This document shows, in pieces, positions 1 through 6,909 of a DNA stretch of 12,765 nt. Location: NCBI GenBank assembly GCA_041288095.1, contig JBGGMJ010000191.1, positions 1 to 12,765 on the forward strand, written 5' to 3'. The stretch comes from Myxococcota bacterium (GTDB lineage Bacteria; Myxococcota; XYA12-FULL-58-9; JALHOP01). The position numbers and the translations under genes were made by a program. How positions within the stretch are numbered: the first letter of the stretch is position 1; every line of letters starts with the position of its first letter. The notes under the pieces were generated by a model, which had not been told where the DNA came from, searched no databases, and worked only from the letters and a program-made list of their open reading frames with translations.

Positions 1-507
1 GACCTGCACCGCGGTGCCGTCGAACCAGGCCATGCCGATCAAGAAGGGCAAAGTGCCGGCGCCATGGGACAGGCCGGTCGTCTCGGTGTCGATGTACAAG
101 GCGCGGCTGAAGTCGATCGCCGTCAGACGCTCGTCGAGGGCGAGCTTGGCGATCAGCTCACCCGTCGCGACGAGACCGCGACGCAAACGGGCGGAGCCCT
201 GAGCATGATCGGGCTCGAAGGCTCGAGCGACGACGTGCAGCTCGCCGCGGACATTGGAGCGGACGGAGCCGGCGAGCCCAGACGCCGCATCGGCGCGCCG
301 CCGCTTCGGCTTTGCTTGTCGGTTTGCCAAAGCGAGGAGCCGCGACTTGATCGAATCGGCGCGGCCAATTGGCGCATCAAGGCTCGACTCATCGGCCATC
401 GGCGTTCGGTCATCGGCAATCGCCGCTCGGTAATCGGCGCTCGGCAATCCCTCATCCGATATCGTCTTGTCGGGCCGCAACCGCGACAACTTCCTCTTCA
501 TATCCAT
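1..507 (-). CDS. mrfB: MrfB/YprB-like DEDD (RNase H-like) exonuclease, 5' part; runs off the left edge of the window
   Basis: Not in the ORF track because there is no stop in the window. Manual translation from ATG at 507-505, which overlaps the helicase TGA (TGATG), is open for 169 codons to position 1: MDMKRKLSRLRPDK...LALDERLTAIDFSRALYIDTETTGLSHGAGTLPFLIGMAWFDGTAVQV. The YIDTETTGL...G..PFLIG segment (DTETTGL at 90-70) is the ExoI motif typical of YprB/RNase_H_2 proteins. Its position directly after a DUF1998 helicase matches the mrfAB (yprAB) arrangement. Confidence 0.88.
   Translation of the reverse strand, partial: MDMKRKLSRLRPDKTISDEGLPSADYRAAIADDRTPMADESSLDAPIGRADSIKSRLLALANRQAKPKRRRADAASGLAGSVRSNVRGELHVVARAFEPDHAQGSARLRRGLVATGELIAKLALDERLTAIDFSRALYIDTETTGLSHGAGTLPFLIGMAWFDGTAVQV
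390..466. repeat. Degenerate 7-bp tandem repeat (about 11 units, consensus NNTCGGC) inside the 5' end of the mrfB-like gene
   Basis: Read directly in 7-nt register from 390: catcggc catcggc gttcggt catcggc aatcgcc gctcggt aatcggc gctcggc aatccct catccga tatcgtc. Confidence 0.8.
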
Positions 508-3071
508 CACGCGCCCACCCCGAGGGCCCGCAACACCTCGAGCGCCAGCGTCTTGCGCATGTCTCCACTCGCCATCGCCGGCCGCACCGCCGCCCCAACC
601 TTGTTGTCGAGCGGCACCAGCGCATCCTCGGTCGCCGCCTCGAGCTGCGGGAGAGCCGCGGCCGGGAGCGCACTCTGGCCTTGCAGCTGCGCAATGCCCA
701 CGCCAATCCCGGGTCCAATACAGCTCGGACATCCCGCTGTACACGGACAGGCGCTGATCAACGCATGTGCCCGCGTCAAAAGCTCGACCCGGTCCTCGTG
801 CAACCGCGGCGCAAGGCCGATACCGCCCGCCACCGAGTCGTAAAGGAAGATCGTGGGATGGAACGGCTCCCGATCGACGAGCCAGCCACCGTCCACTGGA
901 GCGGTCGCACCCTCCCCGGCTTTGTCGGTCACGGTACGACCCAGGTCGCGCGGATCCGTCATCAAACCGACACACGCGACCGTATGCATCGCGTTCGCCA
1001 AGCCTCGCAGCGCGTCGATGACCAGCGGCCGCGCCACGCCCATGCTGGTGATGAGCTCATTGCCGATGGTGAGCCACATGGCGCTCGTGTGCATCTGCAT
1101 TTCCGGCAGATGCACGTCGCCGTAGCCCACGTTCTCGTGCGTGTGGAACTTGATCTTCTTGTACCCGACCACCTTGGAGACGACGCTGACTTCGCCCATG
1201 CCGCCGGCGAGCGTCGACGCGAAGTGCTCGCTCACCCGCTCGGACGGCACGTCGTCTTCGAGCACAGCGACGCGCGTGTAGGTCATGGCGTCGGTGTAGT
1301 AGTCGGGCGCGACCTTGCGCACGTAGGCCTTGTGGTTGTCGTAGTCGAGCCGCTCGACTTGGTATTGCTCGCCCAGGTGCTGATAGATGGCCTGCTCATG
1401 CAGCATGGTGTGCGTGCTGCGCCAATCCATCTCGGCGATGGTGTGATCGGTCGTGACGTCGATGATCGCGAAGTTGTCCCAGCTCGCGGTGCGCAGTGAG
1501 ACGTGGTTCGCCGGATAGACGTCGCTCGCCCAGTGATAGACGTTGCGCCCGGACGCCGCCGCCACCGGATGCACGATGCGCGATTCGGCCAGATAGTCGA
1601 GCGCGTCCTTGATAGCGGACGGAGGTACGTCGCCGAACGCCTCGCCCTCCTCGAACGGCAGCTCGAAGGCCGCGCACTTCAGGTGCGCCACGAGGATCTC
1701 GATGTTGTCGGGGTCGATACGCGCATGCTCGACGGGCGCGCCGATCAAGGCCTCTGGATCGGCGGCGAAGAACTGGTCGAGCGGGGCGCTCGAGGTGACG
1801 AGCAAAGCCAGCGACGACTCGCCGCGACGCCCACCACGACCGAAGCGCTGCCACAGACCGGCGACCGAGCCGGGATAGCCGGCGCAGACCACCGCATCCA
1901 AGGCGCCGATATCGATACCCAGCTCCAGCGCGTTGGTCGCGACGACGCAACGCACCGCGCCCTCGCGCAAGCCCGCTTCGATGCGCCGCCGTGTCTCCGG
2001 TAAATAGCCGCCGCGATAGGCATGAATGGTGTCGGGATCGACGCCGTCTTCGCCGAGCCGGTCACGCAGATACTTGAGCATGACCTCGACCGAGTTACGG
2101 CTCTGCCCGAAGACGATGGTCGAAACGCCGGCGCGCACGAGATCGGCGGTCAAGCGCACCGCCGTCTTGATGTAGCTGGCGCGAATACCAAGCTCGGGGT
2201 TCAAGAGCGGTGGATTGAACACCATGACGTGCTTCTCGCCGGCGGGCGCTCCGCTTTCGTGGACGAGCGAGACCTGCTCGCCCAGGATGCGTTCCGCGTG
2301 CTCGCGCGGATTGCCGATGGTCGCCGAAGCGAACATGACCGTCGGCGAGCCGCCGTGGAAACGTGCGACGCGCAGCAACCGCCGCAAGACATTGGCGAGA
2401 TGGGAGCCGAAGACTCCACGGTACGAGTGCAGCTCGTCGATGACGATGAAGCGGAGGTTCGCGAATAGGCGCGCCCAGCTCGCGTGGTGCGGCAGGATGC
2501 CGGTGTGCAGCATGTCGGGATTGGTGACGAGAATGCCGCTCTTCTCGCGCGCCGCCCGCCGTGCATCTCCGGGCGTGTCACCGTCGTAGGTGATGGCGCC
2601 GTGCGAGAGCCCGGCGGCATGCATCAACTCGTGCAACGCCACCTCTTGATCCCGCGCCAGTGCCTTCGTGGGAAAGAGATAGAGCGCGCGAGCTTCGCTA
2701 TCGCGGGCAAAGGCGTCGAGGACCGGCAGGTTGTAGCAGAGGCTCTTTCCCGAAGCGGTGGGCGTCGCCACGACGACGTGCTCACCGGCTCGTGCCCGCA
2801 AATAGGCATCGGCCTGATGCGTGTAGAGCTGCTTCACGCCTCGACTGCGCAGCGCTGTTGCGACCTGGGACGAGAGCTCGTCAGGGAGCTCAGTCAGGCG
2901 CGCCGGACGCTCGGGCACCACCGTGTCGAGGGCGAAATGACGATAGAGCCGACCGTCTTCACGCCACCCGGAGATGACATGGTCGATACCGCTCGGCTTT
3001 TGCCAGGGCGCCGACGGACGCCGAAACGCGAGCACGTTCGACGGAACTAGCAGCTCAGGCGGCTCTGCCAT
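507..3071 (-). CDS. mrfA: MrfA/YprA-family SF2 DEAD/DEAH-box helicase with C-terminal DUF1998 Zn-binding domain (about 854 aa)
   Basis: Motifs: LYTHQ (Q motif), TPTASGKS (I), LYLFPTKAL (Ia), LVTNPDMLH (Ib), DELH (II), SATIGNP (III), YRGGY, ATNALELGIDIG (V), QRFGRGGR (VI), FLYD...GGIG and CPCTAGCPSC (749-720). The ORF track starts at GTG 3095. I prefer ATG 3071 because 3079-3108 looks like the promoter/operator. Confidence 0.93.
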   Translation of the reverse strand: MAEPPELLVPSNVLAFRRPSAPWQKPSGIDHVISGWREDGRLYRHFALDTVVPERPARLTELPDELSSQVATALRSRGVKQLYTHQADAYLRARAGEHVVVATPTASGKSLCYNLPVLDAFARDSEARALYLFPTKALARDQEVALHELMHAAGLSHGAITYDGDTPGDARRAAREKSGILVTNPDMLHTGILPHHASWARLFANLRFIVIDELHSYRGVFGSHLANVLRRLLRVARFHGGSPTVMFASATIGNPREHAERILGEQVSLVHESGAPAGEKHVMVFNPPLLNPELGIRASYIKTAVRLTADLVRAGVSTIVFGQSRNSVEVMLKYLRDRLGEDGVDPDTIHAYRGGYLPETRRRIEAGLREGAVRCVVATNALELGIDIGALDAVVCAGYPGSVAGLWQRFGRGGRRGESSLALLVTSSAPLDQFFAADPEALIGAPVEHARIDPDNIEILVAHLKCAAFELPFEEGEAFGDVPPSAIKDALDYLAESRIVHPVAAASGRNVYHWASDVYPANHVSLRTASWDNFAIIDVTTDHTIAEMDWRSTHTMLHEQAIYQHLGEQYQVERLDYDNHKAYVRKVAPDYYTDAMTYTRVAVLEDDVPSERVSEHFASTLAGGMGEVSVVSKVVGYKKIKFHTHENVGYGDVHLPEMQMHTSAMWLTIGNELITSMGVARPLVIDALRGLANAMHTVACVGLMTDPRDLGRTVTDKAGEGATAPVDGGWLVDREPFHPTIFLYDSVAGGIGLAPRLHEDRVELLTRAHALISACPCTAGCPSCIGPGIGVGIAQLQGQSALPAAALPQLEAATEDALVPLDNKVGAAVRPAMASGDMRKTLALEVLRALGVGA

Positions 3072-3098
3072 GGGGTGCACTGTACGGATGTGCACCCC
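3072..3098 (-). promoter_or_regulatory. Putative LexA (SOS) operator within a 9-bp perfect inverted repeat
   Basis: GGGGTGCAC(3072-3080)-N9-GTGCACCCC(3090-3098) is a perfect inverted repeat. Minus-strand 3095-3079, GTGCACATCCGTACAGT, matches 14 of 17 positions of the Myxococcus xanthus LexA consensus as I recall it (CTRHAMRYBYGTTCAGS). It lies directly before a DNA-repair operon. Confidence 0.5.
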
Positions 3099-3108
3099 GC
3101 GAAGGCAA
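3079..3108 (-). promoter_or_regulatory. Candidate sigma70-type promoter for mrfAB (-35 TTGCCT, 18-nt spacer, -10 TACAGT), probably leaderless
   Basis: Minus strand reads TTGCCT(3108-3103)-tcgcggggtgcacatccg-TACAGT(3084-3079)-gcacccc-ATG(3071). No Shine-Dalgarno-like sequence at normal spacing from the ATG. Confidence 0.5.
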
Positions 3109-3116
3109 GAGTGGAT

Positions 3117-3479
3117 TTACTCGACGCGTACGGTGAACGTCATGCTCGGGTGAAAATTGCAGCGCCCAGCATGATCGCCCGCCGTCGCCGGCGCGGTGAT
3201 CGTCGCGCTGCTACCGGGGTTGATCGTGCCGGAATCGAACTGACCCGCGGGATTCGAGGACGCCGTATGGGCAGTCGAGTCGGCGTTGGTGAAGGTCACG
3301 GTCGCTCCTGGCGCGACGATCATGCATCGCGGCGAGAACGCGAAGTTGTCGATGGTCACCGACGTGGTCGCGGTGCAGCTACTGTCCTGATCGCCGTCCT
3401 CGTGATCATGGTCGTCGTCATCGCCGCCACTGCAGCTCACCGCCAACACCAGAACAGACATCGCAAGCAAAGCGCGCAT
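3117..3479 (-). CDS. Cupredoxin (amicyanin/plastocyanin-like type-1 copper) lipoprotein, 120 aa
   Basis: GGAGG RBS upstream. Lipoprotein signal MRALLAMSVLVLAVS-C16. Cupredoxin strands VTIDNFAFSP..IVAPGATVTFTNAD..AHT and FDSG.I.PG. Type-1 Cu ligand set H71, C107, H110, M113 (CNFHPSM, the short C-x2-H-x2-M amicyanin-type loop). Confidence 0.88.
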   Translation of the reverse strand: MRALLAMSVLVLAVSCSGGDDDDHDHEDGDQDSSCTATTSVTIDNFAFSPRCMIVAPGATVTFTNADSTAHTASSNPAGQFDSGTINPGSSATITAPATAGDHAGRCNFHPSMTFTVRVE

Positions 3480-3535
3480 CTCGGAGCCTCCCTTTGTGGA
3501 CGGGAGCTACTACGGTTGGGGCCTGCGCTTCAGCG

Positions 3536-3596
3536 AAAAAATCGTAAAATAGGTGGTCCCGGATGGCCTCGAGAAATTCGATGGCCACCCGGGACC
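3536..3596 (-). terminator. Candidate intrinsic terminator hairpin downstream of the RND gene
   Basis: 3555-3596, GGTCCCGG-a-TGGCC-TCGA-gaaat-TCGA-t-GGCCA-c-CCGGGACC, folds into a ~17-bp stem with one mismatch and one bulge. It begins 50 nt after the RND stop and is followed on the minus strand by accTATTTTacgaTTTTTT. The U-tract is interrupted and slightly offset. Confidence 0.5.
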
Positions 3597-3645
3597 TGCA
3601 CCGTAGCGCACTCGCCCATAGCGCGCTCCGGAGCATCTTTATCGA

Positions 3646-6600
3646 TCAGGCGACAATCTGCTGTGGCGTACGCTCCTCGCGCGTCGCGGTGGGACGGAGG
3701 GGCTCGATGACCTCGTGAGCCTTGCCGACGAGCTCGTCGTCATCGTCCTCGTCGTCCGCGCTCTTGAAGCGGGCCAACTGACGCGCAAACCACTGCGATG
3801 CGTCGTCGAAGAGCGAGTAAGCAACCGGTGTCGCGAGCAGCGTGAGCAGCAGCGACATGAGCTGGCCGCCGACCACGACACCCGCCGTGGCCCGGTTGTT
3901 ACCAGCGCCAGCGCCTTCCGAGAGAATCAACGGGATCATGCCGGCGACGAACGCGAAGGTGGTCATCAAGATCGGGCGCAAGCGATCCTTGTTGGCCACG
4001 ATGATGGCCCTCGCCCGATCCATGCCTTCGCTGCGCAGATGGTTGGTGTGGTCGATCTGCAAGATCGAGTTCTTCTTGACCACTCCGAAGAGCACCAAGA
4101 GGCCGAGCATCGAATAGATGTCGAGCTGCTGCTTGAAGATGACCAGCGACAGGAGCGCGAACGGCAAGGTCAACGGCAAGCACAGCAAGATTGTCACCGG
4201 GTGCAACCACGACTCGAACTGCGCCGCGAGCACCAGGTACATGAACACCAGCGACAGCAGGAATGCCGCGAGGAAGAGCTTGCCGGCCTTCGCCATCTCC
4301 TTGGAGCGACCCGAGGGACCCGAGCGGTATTCCGCGGGGAGCTTGAGCGAGTCGATGACGGTCTTCACGCCCGCCATGATGTCGCCTTCCGAGTAACCGG
4401 CGCCGGGATTGGCGCGGAAGGTAATCTGACGCACGCGGTTCAAGCGATTGATGAGCGACGGACCGGTGTCAGGCGTCATGTGCATGACGTCGAGCAGCGG
4501 CACGGCGCCCACCTTGGCCGAGGGCACGGTCATCAGCGCCATGCCCTCGAGGTCGGCGCGGTACTTACGCTCGGCACGCAGGTGCACCTCGTATTGCTCG
4601 CTCTTCTCCTCGTAGGTCGACACCTCGAGCCCACCGACGAGCAATCGCATGGCCGTGGCGATGTCCGCGACGGCGACACCCAGGGTCGCGGCCTTCTCGC
4701 GATCGATCTCGACCGACATCTCGGGCTTGCCGGCGATGAACGACGAGGTGACGTCGACGGCGCCGGGGACTTCTTTCTTGATGCGCTCGATGACCGTGGT
4801 GTTGATCTCGGCGAGACGCTCGAGCGATGGACCACTGACGTCGTACTGCACGAGCGCCGAGCTGCCGCCCGCCATCGCGAACGCCGGCACGTCCGAGACG
4901 TCGATTTGCAGATCCTTCGATTGCTTGGCGACGATGGTCTTGCGCACGAAGTTCATGACGTCGTGCTGGGTAAGGTCGCGTAGCGACGAGTCGACCATGC
5001 GCACGTAGATGCGCGCCTTGTTGGGCGTGCGCTCGTTGTTGTCGCCGATGGTCATGAGCGTCGCCTTGACGGTCTCGACGTTGCGGACCTCACGGGCGAT
5101 GCGCTCGGCGACGATGCCGGTGGCCTCGAGCGATGTGCCCTCGGGCGTACGCACGTTGATCTCGAAGTGCGACTCGTCATTGGTCGGCAAGAAACCCTTC
5201 TTGACCGTCTTCATGAGCGGACCGACCGAGACCAGCGCGCCCACGGCGGCGATGACGATCACCCAGCGGTGGGCCATCGACCACTCGAGGATGCGGACGT
5301 AGCCACGCTCGATGGGCAGGTAGAAGGAGTCGACGATGCGCTCGAGAATCGGCTTCTGCGCGGCGCGTCCACCGGTGGTCGCAATCGGCCGATGCTTCTT
5401 GAGCCAACGCGACGCCATCATCGGGGTGAGGGTGAACGAGACCAGCAGCGAGATACCGATGGCGAAGGCCATGGTGAGGCCGAAGCTGTTCAGGAAGCGG
5501 CCGACGATACCGGCCATGTAAGCGACCGGCAGAAACACCGCGATCAGCGAGACGGTGGTCGCGAGCACCGCGAGGCCAATCTCCTTGGTGGCGTGCACCG
5601 CGGCTTCGGCGGGCTTCATCTTCTTCTCGTCGATGAAGCGGAAGATGTTCTCGAGGACGACGATGGCGTCGTCGATGACGATACCGACCGCCAGCGCGAG
5701 CGCCAGCAACGTAATGGTGTTGAGGGTGAAGTTCTGCTGCCACATCAACGCGAAGGTGCCGATGATCGACACCGGGATGGCGATGGCGGCGATGATGGTC
5801 GAGCGCAGGTTGCCGAGGAAGAGCAAGACGACCAGGGCCGCGAAGATGGCGCCGAGCACCAAGTGCTCTTCGACCGCGTGTACGCTGGTGCGGATGGTCT
5901 CCGAGTTGTCGCGAACGACTTCGAGTGTGTAGCCCGCGGGCAAGATCGGTTTGATCTGCGCCATGCGCTCCATGACCGCATCGACGACGGCGACGGTGTT
6001 GCCACCCGACTGCTTGCGCACGGAGAGCACGACCGCGGGAGTGCCGTCCTTGACGGCGACGGTTTCCGCCTCTTCGGCGCCGTCCTCGACGCGCGCCACG
6101 TCGCGGATGCGCACCGGGTACCCTCTCACGTCACGAATGACCAGGTCGCCGATCTGCTCGGGGCGCTCGACGCGGCCTTTGATGCGCAGCGTGACCTCGT
6201 CGGAGCCGACGTCGATGGCGCCGCCCGGCATGGTGAGGTTCTGGCTCTGCACGGCGCGTTGCACATCAGCGGCAGTCAACGCATGAGCGCGCAGCTGCGC
6301 CGGGTCGAGCCAGATATTCACCTGCCGTTCGCGGCCACCGACGATGGAAACCTGCCCAACACCCGAAATATTCTCGAGCTTGCGCTTTATGTTCTTGTCG
6401 GCGACCTCGGTGATCTCGCGCAGCGGGCGCTCGGCGTTCACCGCGATGTAGAGGATCGGTGTCGCGTCGGGGTCGGCCTTGGTGACCACCGGGACGTCGA
6501 TGTCCTTGGGCAGATCGGGGATGACGCCCTGCACCTTCTCGCGAACTTCCTGCGCGGCGACGTCGATGTCCTTCTCGAGGACGAACTGGACGATGACCTG

Positions 6601-6870
6601 CGAGACGCCGTCACTCGAAATGGAGCGCAGATCGTCGATACCGGCGATGGTGTTCACCGCCTCTTCGATCTTGTCGGTGATCTCGGTCTCGATTTCCTGC
6701 GGCGAGGCACCGGTCTGGCGGGTCAGCACCACGATCATCGGGAAGTCGACGTCGGGAAAACGGTCGACGCCGAGCTGCGAGGCGCCGGTGATTCCGACGA
6801 CCACGATGGTGAGCATGAGGACGGTGGCGAAGATGGGGCGCTTGATGCTGATATTAGAAAGCCATTGCAT
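3646..6870 (-). CDS. RND efflux transporter permease, AcrB/AcrD/AcrF (HAE1-like) family, 1074 aa
   Basis: N-terminal SIKRPIFATVL..VDRFPDVDFP. Proton-relay motifs GIVIDDAIVVLEN (TM4), GVVKKNSILQID (TM10) and RLRPILMTT (TM11). Also SFTLTPMM and LAAQFES. Two large periplasmic loops. AAGGA RBS upstream. Confidence 0.96.
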   Translation of the reverse strand: MQWLSNISIKRPIFATVLMLTIVVVGITGASQLGVDRFPDVDFPMIVVLTRQTGASPQEIETEITDKIEEAVNTIAGIDDLRSISSDGVSQVIVQFVLEKDIDVAAQEVREKVQGVIPDLPKDIDVPVVTKADPDATPILYIAVNAERPLREITEVADKNIKRKLENISGVGQVSIVGGRERQVNIWLDPAQLRAHALTAADVQRAVQSQNLTMPGGAIDVGSDEVTLRIKGRVERPEQIGDLVIRDVRGYPVRIRDVARVEDGAEEAETVAVKDGTPAVVLSVRKQSGGNTVAVVDAVMERMAQIKPILPAGYTLEVVRDNSETIRTSVHAVEEHLVLGAIFAALVVLLFLGNLRSTIIAAIAIPVSIIGTFALMWQQNFTLNTITLLALALAVGIVIDDAIVVLENIFRFIDEKKMKPAEAAVHATKEIGLAVLATTVSLIAVFLPVAYMAGIVGRFLNSFGLTMAFAIGISLLVSFTLTPMMASRWLKKHRPIATTGGRAAQKPILERIVDSFYLPIERGYVRILEWSMAHRWVIVIAAVGALVSVGPLMKTVKKGFLPTNDESHFEINVRTPEGTSLEATGIVAERIAREVRNVETVKATLMTIGDNNERTPNKARIYVRMVDSSLRDLTQHDVMNFVRKTIVAKQSKDLQIDVSDVPAFAMAGGSSALVQYDVSGPSLERLAEINTTVIERIKKEVPGAVDVTSSFIAGKPEMSVEIDREKAATLGVAVADIATAMRLLVGGLEVSTYEEKSEQYEVHLRAERKYRADLEGMALMTVPSAKVGAVPLLDVMHMTPDTGPSLINRLNRVRQITFRANPGAGYSEGDIMAGVKTVIDSLKLPAEYRSGPSGRSKEMAKAGKLFLAAFLLSLVFMYLVLAAQFESWLHPVTILLCLPLTLPFALLSLVIFKQQLDIYSMLGLLVLFGVVKKNSILQIDHTNHLRSEGMDRARAIIVANKDRLRPILMTTFAFVAGMIPLILSEGAGAGNNRATAGVVVGGQLMSLLLTLLATPVAYSLFDDASQWFARQLARFKSADDEDDDDELVGKAHEVIEPLRPTATREERTPQQIVA

Positions 6871-6909
6871 GCGCTGGTCCTTGAGGGCGGTTCTTCGGGC
6901 TGAGACGCT

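Noticed and set aside
726..749. Two CGGACA copies inside mrfA matching the enhancer half-site
   Set aside because: Explained by Cys-Pro codons (TGT CCG) in the Zn motif, and far from any sigma54 promoter.
64..3050. Long plus-strand ORFs (64-843, 369-1499, 1503-2003, 2484-3050 and others)
   Set aside because: Antisense shadows of mrfA/mrfB, expected in high-GC DNA. No recognisable motifs.
507..3071. Helicase as part of an anti-phage system (DISARM, Druantia or similar DUF1998 systems)
   Set aside because: Single ~850-aa YprA-type architecture with a YprB partner. No methylase, PLD nuclease or other defence genes nearby.
3646..3760. Acidic C-terminal tail of the RND protein (ADDEDDDDE...QQIVA) as a special domain or degron
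   Set aside because: Variable charged cytoplasmic tails are common in RND pumps. Nothing here supports a specific function.
3117..6870. RND plus cupredoxin as a Cus/Czc-type heavy-metal efflux system
   Set aside because: TM4 reads GIVIDDAIVVLEN (HAE1-like DD), not the single-Asp CusA/CzcA pattern. A terminator-like hairpin separates the two genes. A functional link is unsupported, though not excluded.
3715..6903. 422-aa and 578-aa plus-strand ORFs opposite the RND gene, and similarly the 529-aa minus ORF at 10386-11975
   Set aside because: Stop-poor antisense frames caused by GC3 bias in well-supported genes. Their composition (rich in R, D, H, G) is typical of shadow ORFs.
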